Notes: generated from the letters alone by a model not told the origin. Shown: positions 1-15,700, numbered from the stretch's first letter. The stretch: DNA of 64,000 bases from Octopus sinensis (GCF_006345805.1 NC_042999.1:146320001-146384000); one strand, 5' to 3'. A program made the numbers and translations.

Positions 1-139
1 TTTTGTTATATCTGTTTCTTTATTATATTTTACCTTTACGATAGCCTTGTTTGACTATTATCAAAGGCATTGTCATCGTCATCATCATTAATGTCTCGAG
101 CCCTAGGACTAATATGGCCGATTACCCGGTTTCCAGGAC

Positions 140-304
140 GAGATCAGAAACAACATTACCCCTAGAACGTGACGCCAGTTTGTTGCAAGGTTACTCATGT
201 GCAGTTGAGTGGACTGGAGCAACAGGAAATATAGTACCCGTTAGGGAATTGAAACCACAATCTTGCGATCGTGGTTGCACAGCTTAACCACTAGACCACG
301 CCTC
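140..304 (-). mobile_element. tRNA-derived SINE fragment
   Basis: Minus-strand head cgtggtctagtggttaag...gtggtttcaattccc with A- and B-box-like motifs. Confidence 0.7.
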
Positions 305-1678
305 TTCACATTCCAGCCACGGTCATCTTTTATATTTGTATATCAGTTGCGACAAAGTGTGCTTGAGTGTGAATCGAGGGTATGTGACTGCTATTTCTAG
401 TAGATTGATCTACCCTGTGGAGCAGAAGTCCTCAATCAGGGTCCATATGACCTTTGGGGATCCATTTAAGCTTTTGCTGTTAAAGTTTATGAGCAGTAAA
501 TTTATTATACATCTACAATACACAAATATTTAAATTTTGTTTTATACAATTCCTAATAATATTTAATTAAAGAAATATAATAGGATTTTTTTAAACATGG
601 AGAGGTCCAGTAGAATATAATTGGAGTCAAAGGGATCTATAAGTAAAAAATGTTTGAGAGCCACTGGTGTAGAGAATCTTATTCTGTTCTGTTTTATTCT
701 ATGTGTAAATAATATAAAATAACTGAATCCATGTCATGATTCCGGTTCAATGTGTTTAACATTTACATCAATTTTATTTCTTATGCTCCTTCTTTATAAC
801 TACACATATTATAAAAAAGAAACTGATCTCCTCTGTCTGCACGTCACAGTATATATGTAGAAGGAGGAAAGAAGGGGAAGAGAAAATGTTGTTGTGAGAT
901 AAAGAGAGAGAGAGGGAGAGAGAGAGAGAGAGAGAGTGTGAAAGAAAGATAGATAGATAGTGTTGTCACCATAGTAACTAACAAGTTCTGATTAAAAACG
1001 CAGAAATTTTAACTGTCTATCTGAACTAGTGTTTATACATGGACAGTTTTATGTTGCTAACCGCAGAATGGACGACCTAGAAAACCAGTGCGTATATGTA
1101 AACGAAACAGAATTCACCAGTGCAGCCAATAAGAAACAACATCACGGAGAAAGAACTTTGACAAGAACTGTTTTTTGTCATGAAGTTGTCTTATGAGAGA
1201 TTACTCAGTGAATATACTTATTCTAGCAGATAAGAAAAAATATTTGAAGTACATGTTACCGTTCAACAGTATTCAAACTGTTATTAATCTTCACCGAGAA
1301 CATCAATCTACGAACAATTTATAAAGGTACGCGCATAATTAAAAAATATTTTTGCTGGCAAAATAGCGACGGATAATGATATAGTTTCTTATTACCTACG
1401 CACTTTTGTGATGAAAGAAAACTTATATCACAATCTAAAGTTTAGCTTGTTCGGAAATTATAAGGATTCTATGTTTTAAAATCACCTCCTCCTCCTCCCC
1501 TCCCCACAAACACACACACACGCGCATGCACGTACACGCACACACACAATTGGACAAAACAAGTAAGAAATGACTGCTTCTCTCTTCCATTAAGATATTT
1601 ACATATATTGCATCATATAACATCTACTTTCCGCGTCTATCATTACCACCACCACACTCATCATCATCAGCATCACTG

Positions 1679-1714
<36 letters not shown>

Positions 1715-3057
1715 CCATCATCATCATCAATCATCATCATCATCATCATCATCATCAGTTCGTCGTCGTCACCATCATCATCTACAATAGGATCCAGTCC
1801 TTCAATGTTAATATCGCCATAACTACACCTATTACTGAAATTCAAATTTTTCTTCTGACAGAAATTATAAACAGCAGGAAAAATAATTATTTTTATTTAG
1901 CTTCAGAAAATTGGTTGTGCAAGTTGATTTATGACATCAATTATTTGTCAATTTGGATGAGAAATAACTCTTTTACACCTCTTCATGGTTTTGTATGGCA
2001 TTCAGTGTTAAGAGGCTTCGTTCATATTTGCATTTATACACACACACATACATACATACATACACACACAAGTACGTACATTAGCATATGCAATGCTAAC
2101 TTTATTAGAAATCTCCATGGAATAGGGGAAAATATTTTCAAGAAACAATTGACAAATTGACCTTCAGCTGTCGAAGATCTCAAATGAACCTACACGGCAA
2201 GAAACTCAAAAGAAGGCAGCAGTGTCGAATTCCCTTCTTCACCAACGGCCGATCACAAACAATTGACATCGAAAAGGTGATTATACAGGTGCTGCCCCAG
2301 CATGGCCTCAGCCTTTGGGCTGAAACATAATTCTCCGAGAATTTAATTTATGTTGTAAATTGTTCCCGTTGTGGATACAAATATATAAGACAGACAAGTA
2401 TGTCACTTAGACGGAGAACAACGCTACATAAAGAACAAATCCGTTTCTCCTGGCATAGACATATAACTTTGATTGAAAACATAGAATGATGTGCAGAGAA
2501 TCTTCAACCAACTTTCAGTTTTCCACATCTACCAGTGCAAAGAAAAATTTCTGAACAAGAATGTTTAAATAAAGAAAATTTATTCATCGAATAATACAAA
2601 ACACGCCTAAATATGGACGCACAACCAACTTTTGTCTCAGTATATATTTTAATTCATGATCACATATCCATCACTATACATATTTCATTTCACTACCCTA
2701 TCTCATGATTTTTTCTACGTTTATTTATCACACGCAAGAAATGAGCAATCACCTTCTCTGTCCCGAAAAATGACTATCACCAGTTACTATCCACCCTTGA
2801 TTTTTTTACTTGTTGATTCATTCACAAATTTTCAAACAAGAGCATGGACTAAAAACGTTTTAAGAAAATACGAAATCACAATAATTTCAATGTCATGATT
2901 AGCGAAAGTGAAACCAATCGACAACCACAATACTTTTTCATTCAAAGTATACTAAAACTACCTAAACTGTGTGCAGTTCCCTTCTTTTATTATATATATA
3001 TTGCATTACAACTCACCACATGGGGATAATTGTAATTTTCTTCCTCTGTTTTCTTAC

Positions 3058-3091
<34 letters not shown>

Positions 3092-3969
3092 TGTATGTAT
3101 GTATGTATCTATGTATCTATTTATACATACATACATACATACATATATATATATATTATATATATATAATATATATATATATAATATATTATATATATAT
3201 ATATTGTCAGTAACGGTTTCATGTGATTAGAGAAAAAAAACGAGAAAGAAAAGGGAGAGAAAAAAAAGAGAGAAGCATCCATAACGTGAGGTAGAGGAAA
3301 TATAATTGTAACGCTTTCAAGTGATTGGTTGAAGGGAAAGAAAGGAGAAAGAATGAGGAGAGAGAAAAGGCGAAGAGAGAAAATGGAACGTCCAAGATTT
3401 GTGGTAGGGGGAACGTAATATTTTTTACGTGGTTAAAAACGTCAGAGAGAGACGGAGAGAGAGAGATAGGGAGAGAGAGAGAGAGAGAGAGGAGGGAGAG
3501 AGAGGGGGAGATGGTTGCGGTGTTGGTAGAGATGGTGGTGATTGTGGTGGCGGTGGTGCGTAGATAGTGAAAAGTGTATTTTTAAAGCTTGAACAAAGTT
3601 TTTGATATTACCTATCACTTAATGCATACGCATAAATGCAAATTAGTGAAATATTCACGCTTATTTACGTGGCAAATATAATTAAACTAAAGTTTCTTTC
3701 ATATGTACTGGATATTATGTTTTGTTTATGGGAATAATGGAAAAACAAGAGGGAATATTTATTCTATGAGCGCTGTGTATTAAGTCTATAAAATTGTGTA
3801 TATTGTATATAAAGTGCATTAAGTAATCATCCTATTCCAATTTCTTTCCCTTTTCAATGAGTAACAGATGAGCGACTGTCTTTCTATACAAACATAACAA
3901 TGGCTATGCTTTCAGATATTTTAGATAAAGTTTTCAGAAATAACGCAATAGGTTTATCATTACCTGCTA

Positions 3970-4006
<37 letters not shown>

Positions 4007-4244
4007 TCGCCATATCACGCTGAACAGGGGAAGCTGTTCTGCAATGCATGTGTGTGTGTGTGTGCGTGTGTATAATACATATATTAATATACATATGTAT
4101 ATGCATATATATATGTATATAAGCATACATATATATATGTTTATAAATACACACACATATATATATATGTATATACATACATACATACATATATATATAT
4201 ACGTACACACATTTGATAGTTGAGCCTAGAAAATGGACGTGTTA

Positions 4245-4279
4245 AACCAAAAGTTATGCATCAGCGTTCTGCCTGTTTC

Positions 4280-4312
<33 letters not shown>

Positions 4313-4600
4313 TGTATGTATGTATATATATATATATACGTATATATACACACGCACAAACATATCTTATAGCTGAGTTACACAACCAGGCCTCTGTAAC
4401 CAAAAGTTATGCATCAGCGTTCTGCCTGTTTCATATATATATGTATGTATGTATGTTTGTATGTATGTATGTATGTATGTATATATGTATATATATATAT
4501 ACGTATATATACACACGCACAAACACATCTTATAGCTGAGTTACACAACCAGGCCTCTGTAACCAAAAGTTATGCATTAGCATTATCTCTGTCATGCCTG
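4245..4600. repeat. Local tandem duplication, ~155-160-bp units (2 plus a partial third)
   Basis: aaccaaaagttatgcat recurs at ~4245, ~4399 and 4561; each full unit includes (TATG)n(TA)n. Confidence 0.85.
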
Positions 4601-5150
4601 TTCCACGTAAAGAATATTCCAAATATTTGGACATTCATGAAAGCGTCTTAAATACTAGGATGTATATTGAAAGATTGGAAAATATATCATACGAAGGTGA
4701 TGTGACTAAAGATACTGTTACTCGCGATTATTTGACCAGATTTACAAAATATGACAAGATAAGACAAGAATATATGCGTAACGTTACAGGAGCCAGCTAC
4801 TCTGCTGATGGGAATATCTCTTCGAAAATCGAAGAGAAAGACACTAACCAGGGGAAACTATCTGCAAAACTTTGCCTCCTATACTCTGATTCTAAATTCA
4901 GATTTATACCAATCAGTGCATTTAGTTTTGTGAGTTTATGCCCAAGTGACAAACCATGGTTTTTCAGAGAAAGAAATCAACCAACTAATTCGCACATTAT
5001 GTACATGCCACGTGTAAGCGGAACAGTAAAAATCTGCAAGACTTCTTCTGACTTTCAAAATGCAAATTTGCTTTAGTTACCAATATTGTAAAGCTGGAGC
5101 TTTGTATCTTTGGTAGAAAACGAGATTCCTTTTTACATGAAGAATTTAAA
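4594..5150 (+). mobile_element. Decayed 3' fragment of the same RLE lineage as 62530-62940
   Basis: The track ORF carries GNISSKIEEK, LLYSDSKFRFIPI and SGTVKICKT, matching VNIKLKISEK, LLYQDYKFRFI and TGTV.ICKT. The 3' UTR block ggagctttgtatctttggtagaaa is shared with ~54010. Confidence 0.75.
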
Positions 5151-5413
5151 TTATCAAAAACTGGAGAGAAAATATATACGTACATGCATAGTACATACAA
5201 GCATACACACATACATGTATGTATATATATGCGTATATATGTGCGTGTGTGTATATATTAATGTAAATATACATTTATGCATACGCGCGCACACACTAAC
5301 ACACATATTCTATTTTACAGAGTTCCCTTAAAAACATACACACATGAATATTTATTCCATGTATATATGTACATATATTTGTGCGTATATATGTATATAC
5401 ATGTATGTATGTA

Positions 5414-5484
<71 letters not shown>

Positions 5485-6086
5485 TTATCTATCTACATAT
5501 AAGTATATATGTATATACATATATGTGTGTGCGTGTGTATGTGTGTGTGTGAGTGTGTGTGTGTAATAGACAAGTAAACTTCATGTTCTATAGCTTAAAG
5601 CAATGCAAACGTAGCTAATTAATTTATAATATACTAACAAGGGCTCCTTATTTTTTGATTTATTTCTATATACATTTTTGAAACTTTAAGCTGCCATGTA
5701 ATATAAAAATTACTAAAATAAAAACGACAAATATCACGCAAAATCCCTACTGTTTGGAGCATAATTAATTAATTAATCAGTCACGATTACAGCACATATA
5801 TTTTAATGTAACTTGGATGAATTTATCTATGCCCAAAATTGCATTAAACACACATATACACGCGCGCGAGCGCGCATATGGCTATGAATATGTGTGTGAT
5901 TAATCACTAAATCCACAAGTTTTTTATTCTCTCTGTTTATTTTCTCTTATTCCCCTCTTTTGAAGAGCGTACGCTCGAAACGTAAAAGACTTTCTTACTT
6001 CCCCAAGCGTCAAGCTAATACATCTGCTTGTTGTTCATACACCTGTCTTCGTCTTTTGTATTTCTGTAAATTTCAACTATACACAC

Positions 6087-6348
<262 letters not shown>

Positions 6349-6384
6349 ACATGAATGCCAAACATGTATGTATATATGTATGTA

Positions 6385-6679
6385 TTCATGCGTGGGCAGG
6401 GCGTGCTGTTCCTAGATATTTACAGAGAATGCCAAACTGTCTTAACAGGATCTTGTTTTTAGGAATTGCCAATAAATTATGAATACAGAAATCGTGAAGT
6501 CAGTTATATAGATAGTAAGTAGAAATTAGTTAGTAGTAAATAAAGTAGCCCCGAAAAAGGCTTTAATGGCTTCCCAGAGTATATAGAACATAGGAGGAAA
6601 TACTAATAAGGTATGTATACTAAAATCGTGAAGCATGTTACTTAAGAACAGGCTAATCAGACATGATATATATCAGATA

Positions 6680-6736
<57 letters not shown>

Positions 6737-6890
6737 CATACACATATATATGACTAAAACTACTTATCGATCCGTATCAAAGATTAGTAATTACTTATAA
6801 AGTTTGGCGTCGAGAGTTATATCAGCTCCCGGGCAGGAAACCATTGCACCAACAGCTATCTAGCAATAGCACGCCCTGCCGACGCACGAG
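6385..6890. mobile_element. Non-autonomous TIR element (MITE) with TA flanks
   Basis: ta|ttcatgcgtgggcagggcgtgctgttcctagata versus tatctagcaatagcacgccctgccgacgcacgag|ta: ~34-bp imperfect TIRs. Confidence 0.7.
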
Positions 6891-7828
6891 TACATACATA
6901 CATACATACATACATACATACATACATACATACATACATACATACATAAATACATACATTTATACATACATACATACGTACTTGGTTCTGTGAGTAAATA
7001 CGCAATTAACTAGAGAAGCCCGAATTTTCTGCAAAAGAAGTCGATCAAGTAACTTGCAACGTTACAAATACAGTCTGTAAGTGGAACAATAAAAATATGC
7101 AAGACTTATCTCAAGTTTAAAATGTTTCAATGATTTCGTTATCTATGTTTGAACGATGAAGCTTTGTGTCCTTGTTAGAAACCAGTTCCTTCTTCAGAGC
7201 AAGAGTTTAAATGACTGAGAATAGAACAGAACATACACACACATACACACACATAAGTGTGCTCTTTTAAGTAGCTTACAATTAAAGTACAACTATTAAT
7301 TCTATTAAACACTATTCACATTTGTTCACTGTGCTTTATGTATAGCTTAAAACAATAACGGGTCTACGTAAGTCATTGATTCTAGATTCACTCGGTGTCA
7401 CTTTCTGACAAGAAATCTTTATAATGGCGTTGTTTTTATTGCTACATTTTCGTACTTGATAGCAATGAGCATGTGATCGATTTGACTGATAAGGTTATCA
7501 CATATAATCTTTAGTGTGGCATGTTCAGTTGTTACATTAATATCATTTCCCGTCAACAATTACATCAACGTTCATTTATTATTATCTTCCATTTAAAATG
7601 TTTCTTATTTTATGTAACTTCAAACAAAATATGCAGTTTAATCGAGTATACCTGTTTAATCACTTATATCACTTAAGTACATCTTCCGATGAATTTGCTT
7701 TGATCTTATTACAGTACTATACATACAAACATACACACACACACACACATATATATATGTGTGTGTGTATGTGCAAATATATGTATGATAGAGCCGAAAA
7801 TGGAATATATGAGAAACTTTATTGTTTA

Positions 7829-8000
7829 CAACGATCGTTTTGACCTATCTTGCACCGATCCCTTGTGAGTGGAATACTGTGCTACATATTTCAGTGCAGA
7901 CGTCTCGTCAGGTGAACTATACGGTGTTATCTTGTTAAATAACTCTGTTTCGCTTGGTTTTAATACATGTTGTTATTGACCATAGGTCTAAGTTGTTGGG
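7829..8000 (+). repeat. Unclassified dispersed repeat; related copy ~63685-63880
   Basis: Shared colinear blocks acgatcgttt, atcttgcac, gttaaataa, ctgtttcg, tttaatacatgttgtt, atagg..taag. Confidence 0.6.
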
Positions 8001-8150
8001 CATATATATATATATATATATATGCACATACGCATACTCACACATTCACATAAACACACACACACACACACACACACACACCACCACACACACACACCAC
8101 ACACATATATGTGCATAAATGCGTACGTTTAAATATACCTGTATGTATAC

Positions 8151-8209
<59 letters not shown>

Positions 8210-9650
8210 CGTGCGTGTGTGTGTGTGTGTACATATATGAGTATGTGCGTGTATGTATATGCATGTGTGTGCGTGTGTGCATACATATTTTCATACGTAC
8301 GCACACGCAGATAGACATCTACTTACACATATTAATGCTCACAATGTGAACTTGATATATAGTTATAAAAATATTGACAATTTAGTTGAAGAGACAATCA
8401 ATAAGTATATGTGGAATATAAGATTACATCCTGTCTTTCACGAAACTTTAATTTTATGTATTCGCTCTGTCTTCTGTCTCACCAGTTCTGACTTCATCAG
8501 CTTTTACCTTCTATGAGGTATTGTATTAGTGACCTTGAATCATGATATATTTGCTCCAGCACCGTCACGATCTTTATTTTGCGTGTGTGTGCATGTGCAT
8601 GTGCGTGTGTGTGTATGCGTGTGCATGTGTGTGTGTGTGTGTGCATGTGTGTGTGTGTGGCTCCGCTACCGCTTGACATCTTTGTTGGTGAGTTTGCGTC
8701 CCCGTAACCAACCAGTTCCTAAAAAGAGACCGATTGAATAAGTGCGAGGATTAAAACAACAGGCCTGACAGCACTGGGATCGGATGTTTTCTGTTTTGCT
8801 GCAGGTGTGGAAATTTCAAAGTTTATTGAACATTTTAAAATTTGGTGTATTAATGTAGTTTTCCAAGCTGAATCTCAAGAGATATTTCACTTTTGCTAGA
8901 AATTTTCAAAAAAAGTTATAAAGGTTTGAAGGTTGATAATATATGTGAGAAAACAGGATTTAGTAACTGTCATTTTGCGCGTGACAGTATGAGCTGTTAA
9001 CATTCTGAAAATAGCAGGTGCTTTAATATGAAACTGTAAATAAATCAAATTCTGCTTTACGCACGACATAACTTAAACATTTTTATTTTCAAGTTTGAGG
9101 AAATTTTTACGATTTTGTATTCTACACTTGGGAATTCATACGATTATGCAAACCCCTCCAATCAAGAAGATTAGGGTGCGCGATGTAAGACCTATTTGAC
9201 TGTTATTTTTAGCACATCTTTCGACCAGGAAACAAGCTGCAAATGGGCACATTTCGCGTAAAATAAATTTGCTAACATGTGCTATCTCGCAGGAAAAAAA
9301 GTTTTCGTGTTTGATTTGTTACCACGGAAACAGATATTAATGCATCTGTGGCTTACGATTGGCTAAGATTATTCAAAATTTGCAAACTTTAAAAGCTAAT
9401 AACTCTTTATTTATTGATTTATGTCGAAAATGAATTTTCTGGCATTAATTAACACATAAAACTACATCATTAAACCGAATATGAAATTAATTCGAATAAA
9501 AATTAAATAGACTGAATATTGGTTGCCAAAGAGAAAAGATTCCTGGAGTCGATTCGTTCTACTAAAATTCTTAGTGTGGCCGCAGTCTAATGGCTGAAAT
9601 AAGCAAATGGTAAAAGATATATATATATATATACATATGTAAACAACAAT

Positions 9651-9798
9651 ATTGAACACGCATACACAAGGTATGTGTGTCGTTAGTTCATGGGTCGGCT
9701 GCGGTTTTTAGGCGTAAGAGAATATATTCTCTTACGCCTAAAAACCGCAGCTGACCCACGAACTAACAACACACATATCTTGTGTATGTGTGTTCGAT
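9651..9798. repeat. Spacerless palindrome, 74-bp arms
   Basis: Centre aata|tatt at 9724/9725; 6 mismatches between arms, all transitions. Confidence 0.9.
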
Positions 9799-10257
9799 TT
9801 TGCTTATAGAACTTGAACTACTGCTAATTCATATATATATATATATATATTTATGTATGTATGTATGTATGTATGTATGTATGTATGTATGTATGTATGT
9901 ATGTATGTATGTATGTATGTATGTATGTATGTAGATAAGTAGAGTTCGCGGTCGGAGTAACAGTCTGATAAGAATATCCGTTATTACTACCGGTGTAAAT
10001 TACCTATGTTAACCCTGACATTGGCAGCAGAAACGGCTGTAAGTAACGTTCAAGCTTTGTATTAAAAAAATTTAACCGATGGCAGTCAACTTGTTTTTGA
10101 TCAAAAGTTTTCTCCATTGTCTGCTCATTATATATATATATATATTATATATATATATATATAATATATTATATATATTATATATAATATATATATATAT
10201 ATTATATACAATATATATATGTACATATATGTATGTATGTATTATGTATGTATGATG

Positions 10258-10288
<31 letters not shown>

Positions 10289-10495
10289 GTATGAATATAC
10301 TTATATATCTATGTAACACATTCGTGCAGTAGTTATGCTTGTCGTATGTAACAAAACAAAACAAAATCGTAATGAAATACAAAGTGAAAGGACGCTCAAA
10401 GCATTGTAAGGAGAATGTTAAATAAATTTTTACCATTACCTTTATTTATGCCTGTAAGCCCTATATATGTATATATATATGTATGTATATATATA

Positions 10496-10538
<43 letters not shown>

Positions 10539-11139
10539 ATATATATTATATTATCATATATGTGTGTGTGTGTGTGGGTATGTGTATGTATGTGTGTGTA
10601 TGCTATCATACCGAATTTAGAAATAACCGTTAAGCTATGAAATCCATACTTCAAAGAACTTAATGCTTTTTACTTGTAGATTATTATCACTGGTATATTC
10701 AATGTATTCTTATAAACTGTGCTTTGTTTCAGCTACCATAAAGCTTTTCCAGAGCAAGTTGAAAGTTATTTATAGATTTGTATTTCGTAAAGAACAATAT
10801 ACATTAACACTGACACGCGCACACACACATATACACGCACACGCATATGTATGTATGCATATATACATACATGTGTAGATATATATGCGTGTTTGTTTAC
10901 TATATGAACATGAGAGTCATATGCCTATATTATAGTGTCACACGCACACAGAATGAAAACGAACCGACGCATAGACTCACAACATACACACTCATGTAAT
11001 ATGATTTCATACCTAAATGAGCACTCGTAGGAATTTGACGATCATCTACTGCATGTCATGTCAGTATTGAAAAACTGATACAAAAAGATGTATATATATA
11101 TATATAATATATATATATATTATATATATATATAAGGTA

Positions 11140-11385
11140 CTTCGTTGGTTCTCGTTGACTCAATCAACGGAACAGTTTGCTCGCGAAATTAACGTACAAG
11201 TGGCTGCATACTTCCTAGACACGAATATCTTTAACGTAGTTCTCAAGGAGATTCAGCGTGACAGAATGTGATAAGGATAGCCCTTTGCCAGTTGAGTGAA
11301 CTGGAGTAATGTGAAATAAAGTGTGCCACAGGGAATCGAACTCATGTGAGCTGATTATCCTAACCGCTAAACCACGAGCCGCCTT
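11140..11385 (-). mobile_element. tRNA-derived SINE, family C, partial
   Basis: Shares atcaacggaacag..tgctcg.gaaattaacgt.caagtggctg and ttcagcgtgacaga with 48095 and 51144. Confidence 0.7.
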
Positions 11386-11518
11386 CACATATATATTATA
11401 TATATGTGTCTTATATGTTTGGCTGAAGTGGCTCAAACTTCGAAGTCACTGTCAATACTATTCTTTACAAACACACACACACACACACACGCATGTACAC
11501 ACACACGCATGTACACAC

Positions 11519-11579
<61 letters not shown>

Positions 11580-11790
11580 AATAGCAAGTTTTATAATTTG
11601 TAGAAAGAGACCCGGTGGGATCTTTGACAACAGGGTGCTGCCCTCTCTCACCGAATTAATCAGAGAAAGTAAGAACGGGAGGTTTGAGACGTAACATGTA
11701 ATAATAATAATAATAATAATAATAATTTGTTGATTAACGTGTAGAACGACTGAAAAATCGAGACAAAATACAAAAAGAAGCCAGATTTAG

Positions 11791-11845
<55 letters not shown>

Positions 11846-11856
11846 ACTACTACTAC

Positions 11857-11928
<72 letters not shown>

Positions 11929-12717
11929 GAATAAGGCGGCTGGACGTGACAGAGGATGGACGTATTTTTACGATGCTCTGAACTGGCAACAGCGAACCCA
12001 GCAGGTCAACTGTAGAAAACTGGAAGATCTACTGTTTACTGTAAGTAATTTGAATTACCCTCAAAATAAGTAAAAAAAAAAAAACTTACATATCTACAGC
12101 TCATACAAACGTACACCTAACAAGAAAAATTAGAAACATAAATATCTCCAATTCTGTGTGAACATTTACATTTAGTCGTCTCTCATGACTATAAGAATGT
12201 GTAAAATTGCCTTTTAAATTACCTTTTATTGTAACAACACAATTAAATGCACGATAAAAAGTTATGGAATTAAGCACCTACTACTATATACATACAACTG
12301 AATTCAGAAATTTAAAAATATATACATAACATTGAACTCAGAAAGTTATTTAAAAAAAGAAAAAAATCTTCGACGAAAACATCAGATAATATGTGTGAGT
12401 GAATATACATATATATACATATACATATGCATGTGGTGAAGAAGAAAAGAGAAAGGAAAAAAATAAATAAATAAATAAATAAACGTAAACAGGTTTGACC
12501 TTTTACTGACCATTAACGTCCTTTGTCTCCACCATCTACCGTAGCTATTTATAGACCCAAAGAACATGAATTCTTTAACCACCCATTCTCCAACACAATG
12601 GAGTGTTGATGGTGGCTGTGGCTACACATAAAACAATGTCATTGAAGATGATGATGGTGATGGTGATGTTGCTGATGATGGTGATGGTGGTGAAGATGAT
12701 AGTAATAACAATAATAA

Positions 12718-15700
12718 CTGACAGATCCCGTCTTTTTCCCTTTCTTTTCGTTTCCTTCTCCGTATTTTATTCTCATTATTTCGAACTAATACAGACACAG
12801 TAAGCCTTGAAGAAAGGAAGAGGAGGAAAGGAAAAAAAAAAAAAAAAAAATGTCCGGAGATAAAACTATCAACAAAAAAAATACAGACGAATATAGATCT
12901 GCTAGTCTTAAGAAGCGGCGCTATGAGCAATGCTTACATGTAGTGAACCCTAGACTGACAGATCCATCTCCTAATATAAGAATGGATGCTCGTCATGCTT
13001 CAAGGTCAACAAATCAAACAATAAACCGCATTGGTCATTGCGCGGATTACAAAAGACCACGTACCCGAAAATTGAACCAAATCCTGATTGAAAAATCAGT
13101 TACTGGATCAAATCTTCCCAACACACAGGAGCTGGACGAACCCCACAACCGGAATATTCCAACAGATGGCCATCCATGCTCATCACCAAATCATCAAAAG
13201 AAAAAGAAGGAAAAATGGTCTAGGGAAGATAATAAAGAAGTTCTTGAGGCCTTCTACCATGCCATATATTTCCCCACAGATAAGTCTAGCACTGTACAAG
13301 CATACTTAAACTGGAGACAGAAACACCCTGAAGTAAGACCCTACATAGACAGTAACAAGCTTGCCAATGTTAGAAGAAACATTATAAAAAAGAAATTACT
13401 GACTGAAGTAGAGATTGATCAGGTTAGACAAGCAATATCGGATAAAATGAACGAAGCTGCAGCTAGAGAAGATAATACAGAGGAAATGATTATAGACCAG
13501 CCCAGGGCGGATAAAAACGAAGAGAGGATTGAAAGAGTTAGTATAAGTGATAGGCAAAGTGAAATACGCCCTGAACCAATCATAAACACTAAGACAGATG
13601 AGCATCAAATAGATAAAGAAAGTCACACAAATATTGACCCAACAGAACTACATGAGCTAAAAAATCAAATCATGATTGAATGGCTGAAAATTAAAGAAAC
13701 CAGCATGGATGAGCGTGATACAAAATAATTGGTAAAATCCGGCTTGCACTTAAGGATATAATTTCAGTTAATGATGTTGATATCACAAACCTCAACCACC
13801 TATACTATGCATCCGCGAAAATCTCAACGATCCTATGTGGTGTAAAGATTAGAAAACGGCAACAGTCCCACAAAACGCCTTCTTGGCAAGAGCGTCTGCA
13901 ACAACAAATTAAAATATTTAGATCTGACATTGAATATTTGAAAAACCTTAAGGCTCACAAGATTACCAACCTACAAAAACCCCAAAAATTACTGAAAAAA
14001 TACAATATGAAAACTATACTTGATATTGATGCCACCATAGAAACCATCAAACAAAAGGTATCTGCCAAAGCTGCCCGCATAGCGAGGTATGAAAAGCGTG
14101 TTAGATTTTTCAAGGACAACAACATGTTCAAAAATAACACCAAGAATTTTTACAGGAAGATAGGAAAAACAGCGTTTACTGCAGGGTCTGTACCATCAAA
14201 AGAAGAATGCAGAGATTTTGGAATAAAATCTGGGCAGAAGAAAAAACACACAACGAAAAGGCCCCCTGGATTGACAGAATATCTACAGAACTGGACCCCT
14301 TAGAAGAGCAAAAGTGGGAGGGTGTCAAGTAGAAGATATAAGATCTGCTCTCAGGAGGTCAAGCAAATGGAAGTCTCCAGGAAAGGATAAAATTCCTAAC
14401 TTCTGGCTGAATGCCTTCCCAGAGAGCCATGAACTGCTAACAGAACTGTACAATGATGTTTTGCAACACCCTAGTAGGATGCCTCCTTGGCTAGTTAATG
14501 GGTTAACATTCCTGCTTCCAAAAAGTGAAGAAACAAATGAACCAAAAAACTATAGACCCATAACCTGCTTAACAACTATGTACAAAACACTAACATCTGT
14601 CCTGACGGAATATACCTATAGTTTTTTAACAGACAGCAGCATATTCCCTAATGAACAGAAAGGATGTAAACGTGGATCCTACGGCTGTAAAGACCAACTA
14701 CTCATCAATAAGATGATCTTAGAAGATTGTCACAAACGACACAAAAACTTATCAATAGCCTGGATAGACTATAAAAAGGCTTTTGATAGCCTACCACATA
14801 GCTGGATTAGGAAATGCCTTGAAATGTATAAGATAGCACCAACTCTGCGAAACTTCTTGACTGTAAGTATGAGATCATGGAGAACCACACTAACTCTGAA
14901 CAGTGACAGTGAATCCCTAAATGCTGGTGATGTAAAAATTTCGTGTGGCATTTTCCAGGGTGACTCACTGTCACCACTCCTCTTTTGTTTATCCTTAATA
15001 CCTCTCTCAAAGCTGCTCAATGATGCGCAGTACGGGTATAAAATGTTGATAAAAATATAAATCATCTCGTTTACATGGATGATTTAAAGCTTTTTGCAAA
15101 AATGATCAACAACTCAAGGGCTTACTAGCGATAGTCAAACAATTCAGTGACGACATCAGAATGCAATTCGGCCTCGATAATGTGCAAAGGCTACCTTTAT
15201 CAAAGGAAAAATGACAGAAACATCTAACGTTAACCTTGACCAACAGAATGTCATAAAAGAACTAGACCCAGCGGAGAGCTACAAGTACCTAGGGATAATT
15301 GAAGGGAACGGAATAAGGCATTCAGAGATGAAGGAAAGGATCAGGAGAAATGCTATCGAAGAGTGAGAGCAATACTCAAGACAGAGCTGAATGCAAGAAA
15401 CAGGATCGAAGCAATCAATGCATTAGCTATACCAGTCGTGACTTACAGTTTCAATATTGTTAACTGGTCAATTACTGAAATATGTCAGCTCGACAGAAAA
15501 ATAAGGAAACTGTTGACAATGCATAGAATGCACCACCCTAAGGCAGATACAGAACGACTCTATCTGCCAAGAAAAGAGGGAGGCCGTGGTCTTTTGCAAC
15601 TGGCAATAACAATGAAGATTGCTACAATTGGCCTAGACAGCTACCTGAAAAACTCTGAGGACTGGATGCTAAAACTTGTCTCAAAACATGAAAACAAGAA

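Noticed and set aside
4594-5076. 160-aa plus-strand ORF as a novel nested gene
   Set aside because: Its C-terminal half matches the RLE retrotransposon fragments at 62530-62940 and 53890; it is a decayed element open by chance.
4997-5160. Strong minus-strand acceptor (ttttctctccag) as a terminal mGluR exon
   Set aside because: The translation has no TM7 or mGluR tail similarity, it is antisense to a retrotransposon remnant, and no intervening TM7 exon was found.
8460-8510. Minus-strand CTGATGA followed by a GTC/GAC stem as a hammerhead
   Set aside because: No GAAA-stem III-NUH after the stem. Other isolated CTGATGA hits (e.g. ~41777, ~47873, ~60954) also lack the fold.
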